A stretch of DNA of 64,000 nucleotides from an uncultured virus (IMG/VR IMGVR_UViG_3300028173_000008) (taxonomy: Duplodnaviria > Heunggongvirae > Uroviricota > Caudoviricetes), in the IMG/VR virus record IMGVR_UViG_3300028173_000008; one strand, given 5' to 3'. The notes beneath the pieces are model-generated. The model did no database searches. It was not told the DNA's origin and saw only the letters and a list, made by a program, of their open reading frames with translations. Positions 26,096-36,853 of this stretch are shown here, piece by piece; the stretch's first letter is position 1, and each line of letters opens with the position of its first letter. The position numbers were made by a program, and so were the translations under genes.

Positions 26096-27507
26096 TACTC
26101 CAGCCCCTTGAGGTTGGCGACCGGGAACAGGCGCAGGGTCATCTTGGCGATGCCCTCGTCCTCCAACACCCGGAGCACAGCGTTGAGATCCTTGTAGGCG
26201 TGGCCGCACTCGTCCAGCGGCGTCCGCTCCGAGTTCATGACGATGCCCTCGACGATGGTTCCGTCCGCGCAGACGACACGGGCGTCCCGCATCTCCTCGT
26301 CGATCTCATCGTGGATTGCCCGAAGCTCACGCTTGGCCTCCCCACGTCCCATGAGCCGTCCGGCCCCGTGGTTGACGGAGCAGCCCGTCTTCCTCGTCCC
26401 GGAGAGCGGGAACAGGATCGCAGCCCCGTCCTTCATGGAACCGGGGATCAAGCACGGGTGGCCCGTCTCAGCCCACTTCGTGCGGGCGAGATCCGGGTGT
26501 CCAGCCGGGAAGGCACGGGTCGCCCCCTTGCGGTGAACGAAGCCCTCCGTCAGCGAACCGTCCGGCAGGTAGATGCGCTCCTGCTGGATCAGGTTGTGGC
26601 TGATCTCGTACAGGGTCTCAGACTCAGCCCCTCCGAACACCGTCGCCGTGGCGTCCGCCAGCCCTCTGGCTATGACGTGCCTGTTGGCGATGGCGTAGTT
26701 GGCCGCCGAGTTGTGGTGCGCCCAATACTCCTTCCCGAGATCCTCGTCCATGCGGAGGTAGGACTCCTCCCGTCGCTTGGACTGGAGGCACCGCAATCGG
26801 GCACCCTCGTAGAAGTAGTGGTTGGCCGTGTGCCACCCGTACCCACGGGAGCCGCAGTGCAGCATCAGCCAGACAGAGGAGTCCGTCGGGTCTACCTGCA
26901 TCTCGATGAAGTGGTTCCCACCACCGAGGGATCCCATCTGCGGGACGGCCTTCGGCCACGCCCGGTCGATGCGGTTGGCCTTGAAGTGCGCCGTGTCCAC
27001 ACGCATGAAGACACGCTCGCACTCGTCCGCCGTGACACCCACCGGCTCTCCGCCGTGGGCAAGCATCTCCTGCACGTCCGTCCACCCGTAGGTCGGCATC
27101 TTGACCGGACGGTGCGAACCGAGGCCCGTGGCTACACGCTCCTCAACCGCATGAATCCACTCCAGCCGCTTGGCCGGATCGACGATGTCCGCCGCCTTGA
27201 GGCTCGTCTTCATGTAGAGGACGCCGCACGAGATGTCGTAGCCGGAGCCTGACTGGACCAGCGTGTCGTCGGTCACGATGACGCTGCCGATGGGAACCCC
27301 GAACCCGAAGTGGGTGTCCGGCATCAGGAAGGCGTGAGTCACACCCTTGTAGGATGCGGCCTGTACAGCCTGTGCCCAGAGCCCCTCTTCGGTGGCCTCC
27401 CATAGTTCCTTGGTGAGGAAAGCTGTGACGTCGCACCGCATCCCGGCCCGTGCGGGCAGGACACAGCAGTTGTCAGTCAGCCAGTGGATGTCGTACTTGT
27501 GAGACAT
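26095..27507 (-). CDS. rtcB: RNA 2',3'-cyclic phosphate ligase RtcB
   Basis: MPDTHFGFGVPIG, GYDISCG, LGGGNHFIE, HCGSRG, HN, HRKGAT, HGAGR, DE..HAYKD. Confidence 0.95.
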   Translation of the reverse strand: MSHKYDIHWLTDNCCVLPARAGMRCDVTAFLTKELWEATEEGLWAQAVQAASYKGVTHAFLMPDTHFGFGVPIGSVIVTDDTLVQSGSGYDISCGVLYMKTSLKAADIVDPAKRLEWIHAVEERVATGLGSHRPVKMPTYGWTDVQEMLAHGGEPVGVTADECERVFMRVDTAHFKANRIDRAWPKAVPQMGSLGGGNHFIEMQVDPTDSSVWLMLHCGSRGYGWHTANHYFYEGARLRCLQSKRREESYLRMDEDLGKEYWAHHNSAANYAIANRHVIARGLADATATVFGGAESETLYEISHNLIQQERIYLPDGSLTEGFVHRKGATRAFPAGHPDLARTKWAETGHPCLIPGSMKDGAAILFPLSGTRKTGCSVNHGAGRLMGRGEAKRELRAIHDEIDEEMRDARVVCADGTIVEGIVMNSERTPLDECGHAYKDLNAVLRVLEDEGIAKMTLRLFPVANLKGLE

Positions 27508-27556
27508 GAGTCCCTCCTCGGGTCATCTACACGGAAGCGGAGGGCACTAAGCCCGC

Positions 27557-28567
27557 TCAGGGCTCGACAGGCAAGAACTCAAGGGCAGCGAGGAGGTATT
27601 CGATCAGCTTGTCACGGCCCCATGCGTGGATCGTCATGGACTTGGCGTGGTCTTCGGGGCCCTGCCAGCGACCACTGGATTCGTAGGTCACCTTGTCCCG
27701 CTTCCCGAGATCCCGGAGGTGGTCCACGGCGAACAGGCGTTCCGACTTCATGGACAGGCTGATTACCCGCTTGCGGGGGCCGACCGTGAACTCGGTCTCG
27801 GCGTAGACGAACGTGTACCACGGCTCCGACTTCGTGCTGTCCCCGTAGTACTGGTTGGGGATCACGGTGGGTTCGAAGGTGCGGCCCGACTTGTCCTGCA
27901 CCTCCTTGAACACCCCGGCCCAGAACTCGTCGTGGTTGCGGCGGATCGGGTCAATGATCTCTTCGGTGCGGGCCTCTTCTCGGGGGACGTGCTTCCAGCC
28001 GCCCTCCGTCCCGAGGTAGACACGGAAGATCATTTCCGGCCAGAGCGGCGGGTTCTCGGGGGCGAGGAGCGTCCGGGGGTTGTACTGGACGTACCCGGCA
28101 CGGAACGCTTCGATCAGGGCCTTGCCGTCCACGGGGAGGCGGTTCCCCTCGTCGTCCTCGTACCACTCGCCCACCAGCTTGTGGTCGTCGTTGTACTCGG
28201 ACTTGTAGTGGTAGCCCTTGGCCGGGTCGAGGCCGAATGTCCCAGCGATGGCGTCGGCGTCTTCGTTCTCCTTGGCCTTCTTGAGGGGCATCCAGCCGTC
28301 CATCTCGTAGGCACGGGAAGCGGTGGCCAGCTTGGTGTTGAACCAATCGAACACCGGCTGGAGGAACGTCTCGGTAAAGTCGTCGGGGACGCCCTTCGGA
28401 CCATCCGGGAAGATGGAGAACGTGCTGTAGCCGTTGTTGCTGATCTCCAAGGCACGGAGGCCGCAGGGGCAGAAGTGATGGGCCGAGTAACCGGCTCCCA
28501 TCGTGCAGCCACCTTGTCGCCACTCGTTGCGGCCACAGGTGCAGTTGGGGAGTACTCGTTCAGTCAT
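27557..28567 (-). CDS. hypothetical protein
   Basis: AGGAGG RBS, 336 aa. Confidence 0.7.
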   Translation of the reverse strand: MTERVLPNCTCGRNEWRQGGCTMGAGYSAHHFCPCGLRALEISNNGYSTFSIFPDGPKGVPDDFTETFLQPVFDWFNTKLATASRAYEMDGWMPLKKAKENEDADAIAGTFGLDPAKGYHYKSEYNDDHKLVGEWYEDDEGNRLPVDGKALIEAFRAGYVQYNPRTLLAPENPPLWPEMIFRVYLGTEGGWKHVPREEARTEEIIDPIRRNHDEFWAGVFKEVQDKSGRTFEPTVIPNQYYGDSTKSEPWYTFVYAETEFTVGPRKRVISLSMKSERLFAVDHLRDLGKRDKVTYESSGRWQGPEDHAKSMTIHAWGRDKLIEYLLAALEFLPVEP

Positions 28568-28623
28568 GGGCTCCTCCTATTCAGGGATCCCACACGGAAC
28601 AGGAAGGGGCTAAGCCGGATCCG

Positions 28624-29106
28624 CTACTTGAAGTACACCCGAGGGGTGCCCTCTTTCACGTCCACCGCTTCAAGGACGGCATCCCGCTTGGCTTGATCAG
28701 CCCCGGCGACACGGGTAGCGAGGGTATCACGGGCCTTGTAGGTCACGACCGTGTCGAAGAAGCGGTCGAAGTCATCTCCCAGAATCCCCTTCAAGCCGTC
28801 CATGTCGGCGTCCTTGCGAACGACCGTGTTGGGCTTGGGGATCGAGACCGTACAGCGGGAGCCGTCGTTCCCATCGAAGTGCTCTGCGCCGGGATCTCCC
28901 GCACGGGCCTGTACGGCCAGTTCACGCAGCTTGCCCTTGATGGGTTCCAAGGCTTCCCCGGCCTCTTTGGAGATGCCCGCCAGCTTGTGCCCCAAGGCCA
29001 CAGCCTCCTCGTCCGGCATGGCGGTGAGGAGGCTGGGCAGGGCACGGCGGAGGTCTTCGATGGTACGGATAACCGTGATCAGGTCGGCAGTTTTCGGCGT
29101 GGGCAT
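28624..29106 (-). CDS. hypothetical protein
   Basis: ORF in operon. Confidence 0.65.
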   Translation of the reverse strand: MPTPKTADLITVIRTIEDLRRALPSLLTAMPDEEAVALGHKLAGISKEAGEALEPIKGKLRELAVQARAGDPGAEHFDGNDGSRCTVSIPKPNTVVRKDADMDGLKGILGDDFDRFFDTVVTYKARDTLATRVAGADQAKRDAVLEAVDVKEGTPRVYFK

Positions 29107-29948
29107 CAATCTTCCTCGTAGCAGTGAACGTGGTAGATGCCGGGTGGGCCTTGTGACGCATTCGCCGAGCGAATCCAGACAGCATCCTCACCCTTCGACA
29201 CCACGTTACCGCACTTCTTGCAGATGGCCTTCTGCTGACAGGTGATTCGTTGCGTTTCACCCGACATGCTCGTGGCACCACTCGTCGCCGGTCGGGCGGC
29301 GGGCTTTGAGGGCTTCACGGCAGGCCCCACGACGGTCGAGGGCTGTACCTGCTTGGCGGCAGCGGCGTCGATGTCCTCTTTGGCCAACAGGGTGGACAGC
29401 CGGGACAGGTGAGCCGCCATGGCGTTGAGGCAGCGGTTCTTCACCGCACAGTCGGTGCATACGTCCGACTTGTCCGAGTACGCCCCGTAACAGGGCGTCT
29501 GCTCGATGGCCAGCCCCCGAATGTAGGCGTCGTCGTGGTAATCGTTGCCCTCGTCGTGTCCGGGGGACACCGGCAAGGGCATCGAGGCTACCTGAGTTTT
29601 GTCACCGTCCACGCTGTCCTCCGAGGACTTGGCATCCCGTAGGGACTGTGCCTTGATTACTCCATCCGGGGTCAGCTTCCACGTACCCCGGCCTTCACGG
29701 GCGGCCCAACCCTCTGCGATGAGGGTCTTGAACGCCGCCTGCATCCAACGCACGGTGCTGAAAGCGTTGACCCCTGCGGGCTTTCCGAACTGGTCGATGG
29801 TGATGCCCATGTCCACACAGGTCGGATCGTAGGTGGCCTCGCTTTGGACGGGGACGTCCGGCTTGAACCCGGAGAGCTTCCCCAGAGTCAGGAGCAGCGG
29901 GCTAACGAAGCTCTTGGCGCTAACGGTGTGCTTGGGTGTGCCTCTCAT
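29106..29948 (-). CDS. winged-helix (Mrr_N-like) + Zn-finger protein
   Basis: GRGTWKLTPDG; CxxC pairs. Confidence 0.6.
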   Translation of the reverse strand: MRGTPKHTVSAKSFVSPLLLTLGKLSGFKPDVPVQSEATYDPTCVDMGITIDQFGKPAGVNAFSTVRWMQAAFKTLIAEGWAAREGRGTWKLTPDGVIKAQSLRDAKSSEDSVDGDKTQVASMPLPVSPGHDEGNDYHDDAYIRGLAIEQTPCYGAYSDKSDVCTDCAVKNRCLNAMAAHLSRLSTLLAKEDIDAAAAKQVQPSTVVGPAVKPSKPAARPATSGATSMSGETQRITCQQKAICKKCGNVVSKGEDAVWIRSANASQGPPGIYHVHCYEED

Positions 29949-29949
29949 C

Positions 29950-31188
29950 CTATCGGCCCCCCTTGAACCCGCCGACAGTGGATCCCGGAGGAGCCTTGCC
30001 AACGTCCAGCATGGAGATGTGGGGATCCATGATCTTGATCGCCGATTCCCGGTTCTCCTCGTCGGGTAGCCGGTCGAGCCACGAACGGGAGGCCAGCTTC
30101 AACAGGTTCTTCGGCACCTTGGCAGAGCCGTTGCACTCCAGCATGTCCTCTGCGTGCATCAGGATCGAGCACAGGCCACGGTGGGAGAACTCGCCGTACA
30201 GTTCGCCGTCGAGGATGGCCTCACGGAGCGACTTCGTCACCTTGCCCATCTTCTCGAACAGGGTGTCTCCGACCCGCTGTGCCAGCACCGGGAACTTGGC
30301 CCGGACAATGGACTCCTCGTCCCGCCAGTCCATCCAGCGGAACTGGAAGACCTTCTCAAAGCGGTCGAGCAGGGAGGCGTCGATGGGGTTGGCCGAGATC
30401 ATACGCCCACGTTCGTCGCCCGAACCCGCCGTGTTGCCTGTAGCGGCGACCAGCGTGCCGGGGAGTACCGGGTAGACCTTGCCAGCGGGGCCGTCGATGC
30501 GGCCTTGGATGGAGTCCGTGATGAGGCGGAGGTGTTCGGCCTGTTCCCGGTCGGCCCGGTCGAAGTCAGTGACCAGCATCATGTAAGGGATGCGTCGTCC
30601 GGTAGGGGTGACGAACCCGTCACGCAGGGCCTTGAGGGCCTCGCCCTCTTCCCAATGCGTGCCCGCCTCTGTGAACCCACGGCTGAAGAACCACGCCTCG
30701 ATGTCCGTGCCCGGTTTCACCTGCCGGATCATCGCCGGGGTGCGGGTCAGGTTGCTCCAAGCGTGGAACAGGGCGTCCTTCCCGCTACCGGGAAGCCCCC
30801 ACACGTAGATCGACCGCTTGAAGAACAGGGACACGACAGCGTGCTCCACGTCCTCCCCGAGCAGTCCGTACCGGGGGATCCGGTAATGGTCCGGCATGGG
30901 GAGGCAGTTTTCCACTGGCACGTCCACGTTGACCGGGAACTCGATCCGCCCAAACTTCACCTTCAGGGAGGTGGGCTTGGGCGGGTGCGCCCGCTTGCGG
31001 GGGTTCACAGTCTGCTGGAAGCGGGCATGGAGCCGCTGGCTGACGGTGCCCGCATCCGGGTACGTGTCGAGGTACTTTGATGCTGTCATGCCGTGGGCTT
31101 CCAAGAGGTGGTCCCCCAGGAAGTCCTGCTCTACGTGACCGCAGATCCGGCACTTGAGCCCATCAGGCTTGGTCTTGCTATCCGTCAC
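29950..31188 (-). CDS. MoxR/CobS-like AAA+ ATPase
   Basis: GLPGSGKD, TDFDRA, ATGNT, SLLDRF. Confidence 0.85.
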   Translation of the reverse strand: MTDSKTKPDGLKCRICGHVEQDFLGDHLLEAHGMTASKYLDTYPDAGTVSQRLHARFQQTVNPRKRAHPPKPTSLKVKFGRIEFPVNVDVPVENCLPMPDHYRIPRYGLLGEDVEHAVVSLFFKRSIYVWGLPGSGKDALFHAWSNLTRTPAMIRQVKPGTDIEAWFFSRGFTEAGTHWEEGEALKALRDGFVTPTGRRIPYMMLVTDFDRADREQAEHLRLITDSIQGRIDGPAGKVYPVLPGTLVAATGNTAGSGDERGRMISANPIDASLLDRFEKVFQFRWMDWRDEESIVRAKFPVLAQRVGDTLFEKMGKVTKSLREAILDGELYGEFSHRGLCSILMHAEDMLECNGSAKVPKNLLKLASRSWLDRLPDEENRESAIKIMDPHISMLDVGKAPPGSTVGGFKGGR

Positions 31189-31336
31189 TTGCCCCTCTCG
31201 GTGAGTAGGGTTTCTCGTCCGTCTGCCCCTTCTACCCGTTGCCCCCTTTCGCTAAGCCCCCCGAAGCGTGGGCTTAGGCTTTTCTCGTTCCGGGTAGAAT
31301 GGTCACCGGGTGGTAACTTGCGCCCCGTGAGGTGAC

Positions 31337-34000
31337 ATGGCCAAGCCAGCAGCGAAACAGGAACTCACCCCCGTTGTAAGGGGAGACCGCTACCGACGAA
31401 CCCACAGGGCCTCCGTGATCGGTGTCCTGGGCCGTCAGGCTCCTCCCGTTCTCAGCCGGGGATCCATGTTCTACAACCTTGACCGCTGGACTGCACGGGC
31501 GCTCGTGTCCGAGATGTGCCAGTGGGCCGGGAAGAACAGGGGCTGCACCCCCACAGCGAAGGACGTAGCCGACTGGGTCTCCAAGGCCAACAACATGACC
31601 GCCCCGGAGCGGTGCATCGTCATTGCCAACACACCCGACAAGCTGCCCCTCAAGGTAGCCCTTGGCCTGACCGGCGGGGCGTACCACGAGGCGTTCCACA
31701 CGAAGTACTCCTGCCGCAGACCACTACAGGTGAAGGAGTGCGTGAACTTCATCCTGCCCCGTTGGGCGCTGGTGAAGGACTGGAGTGGGCTCCACAAGGC
31801 CCTCCAAGAGTGGAACAACATCATCGAGGACATACGCATCGAGCGCCGGGGCCGTGAGGACTACGAGGGTTCGCACACGAAGCTGGCCGACTTGCAGGAC
31901 TTCATCCTCGACAAGGAGGCCGCAGGCGTCGAACAGGTGCGCTCCCACGGGGGCAAGCCGGGAGCCTTGTCTGTGATCGTCCGGGCGTTCCGTGACGTGG
32001 GTCTTGGGTACAACACCGAGCGCCAGCGTGAAGCCTTCGCCGAGTACAAGACGGACAACCCGGATGCCGTCGACCTTGTGATGACCGGCCCGCTGACCCC
32101 GATGCTTCAGGACACCATCGATCTGTCCGCCAAGGACGATCTCGGGTGCATCCGACTGGCGATGGACGTCGTTGCCAAGATCGGGGAGTTGGGCGGTATG
32201 GACGAGTCCGACGACAAGGCCCAGGACGGGCAGCACGGCGACGGGATGCAAACGTGCCCCGGTTGTGGCGCACCCGCCTCCAAGATCGTTGTACGGCCCC
32301 TCTCAGACGGCAAGGGAGGCAAGGTTCGGGGCAAGGGCCTCGCTACCTGCACGGCCTGTGGCCATCAGGAAGAGGTCGACGTCAAGAAGAAGTCTGCCGC
32401 CGATAAGGCCAAGGACAAGAAGGACAAGCAGGCGGGCAAGAAGTCCGCACCCGGCCCCAAGTTCGAAGGCTTCGACGAGGACGACTTCGACGATGAAGGC
32501 GACGGTGGGGGCGAAGGTGAGGCCGGTGACGGTCAGGGTGGCTCCGGTTCGTCCGGTGGCAAGTCTGACGGGGACGAGGACGGCGACGGTTCGTCCGGCT
32601 CCGGTGGAGACGAAGACGGCGATGACGACGGGGACGGCTCCGGGTCTGGGAAAGACGGCGATGAGGGTGACGAAGACGGCGACGGTTCCAAGGACGGCAG
32701 CGACAAGGATGGCGATGCTGCCGGTGGCGATGGTGGTGACGGAGACGGGGACGGGGACGACGAGGGCAAGGACGGCAAGGCCGGACAGGGAGCCAATCAG
32801 GGAAGCGCCAGCCAGCACCAAGGCATCGACCAGCCGGACATAGGCCCGGACGGGAGCGACCAGTCGGGCGGGGCCGGGGGGCACCACCACGCCCAAGGCC
32901 CCCACGCAGGCAACGATCACAAGTGGGAGGACGTCGCCGAGCAGGCGTTGAACGACGCACAGTCCGGCAAGGACACCCACGCCCTCGACAACAACAAGGC
33001 GCTGGAGAATGCGGTCAACGCTGCCGAGGACAAGGAAGACTCGGACACGGAGACCGGCGAGGCCCCGTGGAAGCCCTACAATCCGGGCCTCGATGAAGCG
33101 CTGCTGGTTCCTCATTCGGGCCGGGGCCGGGAACACGACATGGCCGAAGCCACGAAGCTGGTCAAGTCCGTTACGTCCGAGTCCGCCTACACGAGAGCCC
33201 GCCTGCGGAACATCGTCCGGGCACTGGAGATGACCAGCACTGTTCATGGCGTACAGCACGGGCGCAACCTGTCCACCCGCTACCTCGTGGACTCCAAGGC
33301 GTGCCTGCGGGGCGGGGAGATGCCGAAGCGTCCCTACTACCGCAAGGGCTTGCAGACGGACATGTCGATGGCGGCAGCGGTTGTCGTGGACGAGTCCGGT
33401 TCGATGAGCGGGTGGCTGGCCGACGCCGCCCGGATCATGATCGCCATCACGGAGCCTCTGGACGCCCTCAACTGCCCGACACTGGCCTTGGGATTCAGGG
33501 ACGGGCGTCGGGGAGGGCGGTACAACGACTACCGGACTGACCCGGACGAGGACGTCAAGAACCGCCTGTACCACCGCCATGAGGGCGTCATCTACGACAT
33601 CTTCAAGCAGTGGCACGAAGGATTCCGCACCGTGAAGTGGCGCTTCGCCAACACGAGGGCCACTGGCGGCACCCCGATGTCCGACGGGATCCAGTACGCC
33701 CTCAACGCCATCTCCCTGCGGAGCGAAGCTCACCGCTTCGTGTTCGTAGTCACGGACGGTTGCCCCAACTACGGGCACGAGGCCGTGATCAAGCGGCAGA
33801 TCCGCCTCGCCAAGCAGGCCAACATCCACGTCGTCGGGGTTGGGATGGGCTACGGAGCCAAGTACGTCGAGGCCCTGTTCGTGGACTCGGTCTACTCCGA
33901 CAAGATCCCCGAGATCCCCAAGGGGCTCGTCGCCAAGATGAACGAACTGGTCGATGCCCGCACGGGACGCCGGGGCATGGTCTACAAAGACAAGGGCTAG
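31337..34000 (+). CDS. CobT-like VWA protein with HExxH and D/G-rich linker
   Basis: HEAFH, NIIEDIRIE, DESGSM, GGTP, VTDG. Confidence 0.85.
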   Translation: MAKPAAKQELTPVVRGDRYRRTHRASVIGVLGRQAPPVLSRGSMFYNLDRWTARALVSEMCQWAGKNRGCTPTAKDVADWVSKANNMTAPERCIVIANTPDKLPLKVALGLTGGAYHEAFHTKYSCRRPLQVKECVNFILPRWALVKDWSGLHKALQEWNNIIEDIRIERRGREDYEGSHTKLADLQDFILDKEAAGVEQVRSHGGKPGALSVIVRAFRDVGLGYNTERQREAFAEYKTDNPDAVDLVMTGPLTPMLQDTIDLSAKDDLGCIRLAMDVVAKIGELGGMDESDDKAQDGQHGDGMQTCPGCGAPASKIVVRPLSDGKGGKVRGKGLATCTACGHQEEVDVKKKSAADKAKDKKDKQAGKKSAPGPKFEGFDEDDFDDEGDGGGEGEAGDGQGGSGSSGGKSDGDEDGDGSSGSGGDEDGDDDGDGSGSGKDGDEGDEDGDGSKDGSDKDGDAAGGDGGDGDGDGDDEGKDGKAGQGANQGSASQHQGIDQPDIGPDGSDQSGGAGGHHHAQGPHAGNDHKWEDVAEQALNDAQSGKDTHALDNNKALENAVNAAEDKEDSDTETGEAPWKPYNPGLDEALLVPHSGRGREHDMAEATKLVKSVTSESAYTRARLRNIVRALEMTSTVHGVQHGRNLSTRYLVDSKACLRGGEMPKRPYYRKGLQTDMSMAAAVVVDESGSMSGWLADAARIMIAITEPLDALNCPTLALGFRDGRRGGRYNDYRTDPDEDVKNRLYHRHEGVIYDIFKQWHEGFRTVKWRFANTRATGGTPMSDGIQYALNAISLRSEAHRFVFVVTDGCPNYGHEAVIKRQIRLAKQANIHVVGVGMGYGAKYVEALFVDSVYSDKIPEIPKGLVAKMNELVDARTGRRGMVYKDKG

Positions 34001-34034
34001 GGCTTAGCCCTTCTTCCAGACGGGTTGGGTATGT

Positions 34035-35255
34035 ATGGAAGCTGACACCCACATCCTGATCCAGTCCGTCTCCAAGGACCCAGTCGTACAGGCCCTGATC
34101 CGGGAGCACCTTGCCAAGAAGGTGAAGTCCCTCATGGGGATCCGTGAGAACTCGGACGACTTCGTTCGGGATCTCAAGGTGTACCTCGGCCCGCAAACCC
34201 TCGTGACGAAGGGCAAGGGTCGCTGGTGGGTATGGGAACTGGAGGGCCTCCGTGTCCGTGCCCGCAAGCAGGCGTGTGAGTTCCTCGTCCCCAAGGGTTC
34301 CAGCGTAGAGGAAGCCTTCAAGGCTTTGGAGGACATCCCTGTCCTCTGGCCCGACCACGACAAGGAACTGCTGACGTGGGATGAGAAGCTGGCCCTCCGC
34401 AAGTTAGGCCACAAGGCTCTCGGACGGTTCCGCCTGCGGATCGGATCTTACCCACAGGACGAACTGAAAGCGTTTGTCATGGGAGTCTGCAACCGGCAGA
34501 TCTGGACGGACAAGGACGTCCGTTCCGCACAGGACATGAGCCTCTGCTTCCCCCTGCTTGCGATGGGGGCACTCAGCATCTCCGACAAGAAGCGGGCGAA
34601 GATTGAGGCCCGTGGATTCCTGCCGCCCGAACCGGGCAAGGAGCCGGAGGAGCCTGAGAGTGACCCGCCCAAGATGCCAAAGCTGCCGACCGACCCTCCG
34701 AAGCCCGAACCACCGGAGCTTCAGGAAGAGGTGATCCTCGACCCGGAGGCCATGTCCGACATCGAACAGCGGATCGGCTGGCAACAGGCCCCGGACAACG
34801 CACGGGCCGAGTACGAGGGCAAGATCAAGCGGCAGAACGAGGTCATCCGGCACGCCAACGACAAGCTGATGCAGGCGTACAAGGAAGAGACCCTCGCTGC
34901 TTGGGAGGCGGCTTGTGCGGGTGTGTTCGACCAGATCAAACAGATCACGGCGGACCACGATAAAGCGGTCGCCGACTACCACACCAGCCGGGAACCTTTG
35001 ATGGCCGAGTACAAGGCCAAGCTGGCCAAGTGGGAACTGGTCAACGCCCGCAGGAGCGAGGCCGAGGGTGCCGCAAACATGCGGTACGCCGAGGACATCG
35101 GCTGCGTCTGGGATTGGTTCGACAAGTGCGCTCCCCGCTCCGTGAACGGGATGCCCATGTTCTTTTCCTTGCGGCTGATGAACCGGGCGGATTGGGAACG
35201 GGCACACAAGGCAATCATGGCTGAAATCAAGAGGCGGCAGTCGTTTACCGTTTGA
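34035..35255 (+). CDS. hypothetical protein
   Basis: 406-aa ORF. Confidence 0.7.
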   Translation: MEADTHILIQSVSKDPVVQALIREHLAKKVKSLMGIRENSDDFVRDLKVYLGPQTLVTKGKGRWWVWELEGLRVRARKQACEFLVPKGSSVEEAFKALEDIPVLWPDHDKELLTWDEKLALRKLGHKALGRFRLRIGSYPQDELKAFVMGVCNRQIWTDKDVRSAQDMSLCFPLLAMGALSISDKKRAKIEARGFLPPEPGKEPEEPESDPPKMPKLPTDPPKPEPPELQEEVILDPEAMSDIEQRIGWQQAPDNARAEYEGKIKRQNEVIRHANDKLMQAYKEETLAAWEAACAGVFDQIKQITADHDKAVADYHTSREPLMAEYKAKLAKWELVNARRSEAEGAANMRYAEDIGCVWDWFDKCAPRSVNGMPMFFSLRLMNRADWERAHKAIMAEIKRRQSFTV

Positions 35256-35338
35256 GGTGGGCTTAGGGCTGGCCGTTCTTGTGTAGAGAAGGTGAACGGG
35301 CCGAAAGGCCCCTGAAGGACGCTTACAAGGAGCACGAA

Positions 35339-35818
35339 ATGGACACCATCCTCACCCCCGAAGTTCGGCTGGCCATCGAGACCGGCATCAAGGACGGCCT
35401 CAAGCAGGTCGCCAAGGCCCAGGGCGACGCCAAGGACTCGGCCTCCCCCGACACGAAGACGAAGGGTCTCGTGATCAACCTCACGCTGGAAGTGGACGAG
35501 TTGGCCGTGGGCCACGACACCGACCGAGCGCCGACGTGCTCGATCCCCCTCCTGCCGACGCTGGCCCTCCTGACCAAGCGCATGGGTGCGACCCGCAAGG
35601 ACGCCCTCGCCATGATCAAGGACGCCATGACCGAGGCCCTCACGCTGGACAAGCCCGCCGCCGCCATCCTGCTCGAAGAGTTCGGCGTGGCCGAGGCCGA
35701 GGAAGCCATCAAGACGCAGGTCATCAACGAACTGCCCCGCACCCCGGTCAAGAAGACCGCCAAGGCCAAGGGCGTGACGATGACCGTGACCGGCGTGGCA
35801 ACCCGCCCGACGGAGTAG
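35339..35818 (+). CDS. hypothetical protein
   Basis: AAGGAG RBS. Confidence 0.7.
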   Translation: MDTILTPEVRLAIETGIKDGLKQVAKAQGDAKDSASPDTKTKGLVINLTLEVDELAVGHDTDRAPTCSIPLLPTLALLTKRMGATRKDALAMIKDAMTEALTLDKPAAAILLEEFGVAEAEEAIKTQVINELPRTPVKKTAKAKGVTMTVTGVATRPTE

Positions 35819-35821
35819 TTG

Positions 35822-36097
35822 ATGCGAGCCACCTACGAACGGGCGGCAGACAAGCGACGACTGATCCGGGTCATGTTCGAACGCCAGACGCCTGATGCCA
35901 GTGCGCCCGTCATCGAGGCGGTGTACGAGGTAAAGTACCCGGAGGACAACTTCATCTGTGATGACACGGCGGTCTTGATCCCCTTGTCCGTCACCCGGAC
36001 GGACACGAAGGAAACCGTTGTGCTCACCGACGAAGAACGGGACGATTGCCATCAGGCGGCAACCGAGAAGGCCGCAGCGATGGCCAACGAGGGGTAA
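35822..36097 (+). CDS. hypothetical protein
   Basis: ORF in operon. Confidence 0.6.
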   Translation: MRATYERAADKRRLIRVMFERQTPDASAPVIEAVYEVKYPEDNFICDDTAVLIPLSVTRTDTKETVVLTDEERDDCHQAATEKAAAMANEG

Positions 36098-36582
36098 TGG
36101 GCGACGGGCTCAAAAGGGTAGCCAAGAACTGCGGCGGCCTCATCGTGAACGACCCGGACGGCAACGTCACCCGGTACGACGCCCAAGGCCGTCTCTACGT
36201 GCGGGGATCCAAGCTCCGCCACATGATGGACAAACCCTCGACCCCCCTCTGGAACCTCACCTCTTACAGCACCGAACTACTGGCCTGCATGGACATTGTG
36301 ATGAGGGCACGGCACGCCTCCGGGCTGTCCAGCGTAGCCTTCCACAAGGAGCGCCTCGGCAAGCAGGACTTCTGTTGGACAAGCTCCAAGCGCCTGTACG
36401 TGTGGGAGTACATCGCCGCCGACGGGACGTTCCTCGGGCGTGTGTTCGCCTCCAAGGAGGGCACCTCACCGGAGGCCGCTACCGTACAGGGTGTGCCTTG
36501 GCCGTCCTTCACCCTTGAACGGGGCAGGCAATTCATGAGAGTCTACATGACCGCCCTTGGGCTGGAGTACCCTGATGCTTGA
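36097..36582 (+). CDS. hypothetical protein
   Basis: TAATG coupling. Confidence 0.6.
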   Translation: MGDGLKRVAKNCGGLIVNDPDGNVTRYDAQGRLYVRGSKLRHMMDKPSTPLWNLTSYSTELLACMDIVMRARHASGLSSVAFHKERLGKQDFCWTSSKRLYVWEYIAADGTFLGRVFASKEGTSPEAATVQGVPWPSFTLERGRQFMRVYMTALGLEYPDA

Positions 36583-36853
36583 GTTCCCGATGAACAAGTT
36601 CCCCAAGCTCTCTCAGGCCGAACTGATGATGGGGCTGCGGAACTGGGAGGATCTGGACGGGGCCGCCTACCTGTTGGGCAGGTCGATGGGGATGTTTGAT
36701 CCCGACGCCAGCTTCCAGACCGACCTGAAGTGGGTCTTCTGGTCCGCCAACCCGACCGGCGACTTCCTGTACCACATGATCTGTGGCCTTGTTGCGATGG
36801 GGATCTGGGAGCAGGACGAGGAAGGGGACAAGGTACGGTGGCACCATGACTGA
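36575..36853 (+). CDS. hypothetical protein
   Basis: ORF in operon. Confidence 0.55.
   Translation: MLEFPMNKFPKLSQAELMMGLRNWEDLDGAAYLLGRSMGMFDPDASFQTDLKWVFWSANPTGDFLYHMICGLVAMGIWEQDEEGDKVRWHHD

Noticed and set aside
32480..32900. Tandem repeat or CRISPR array
   Set aside because: Low-complexity Asp/Gly coding linker; no fixed repeat-spacer periodicity seen anywhere in the window.
32303..33829. Long antisense ORFs (also 24667-25776, 26200-27252, 37671-38792, 52400-53701)
   Set aside because: Shadow frames opposite well-supported genes in GC-rich DNA.
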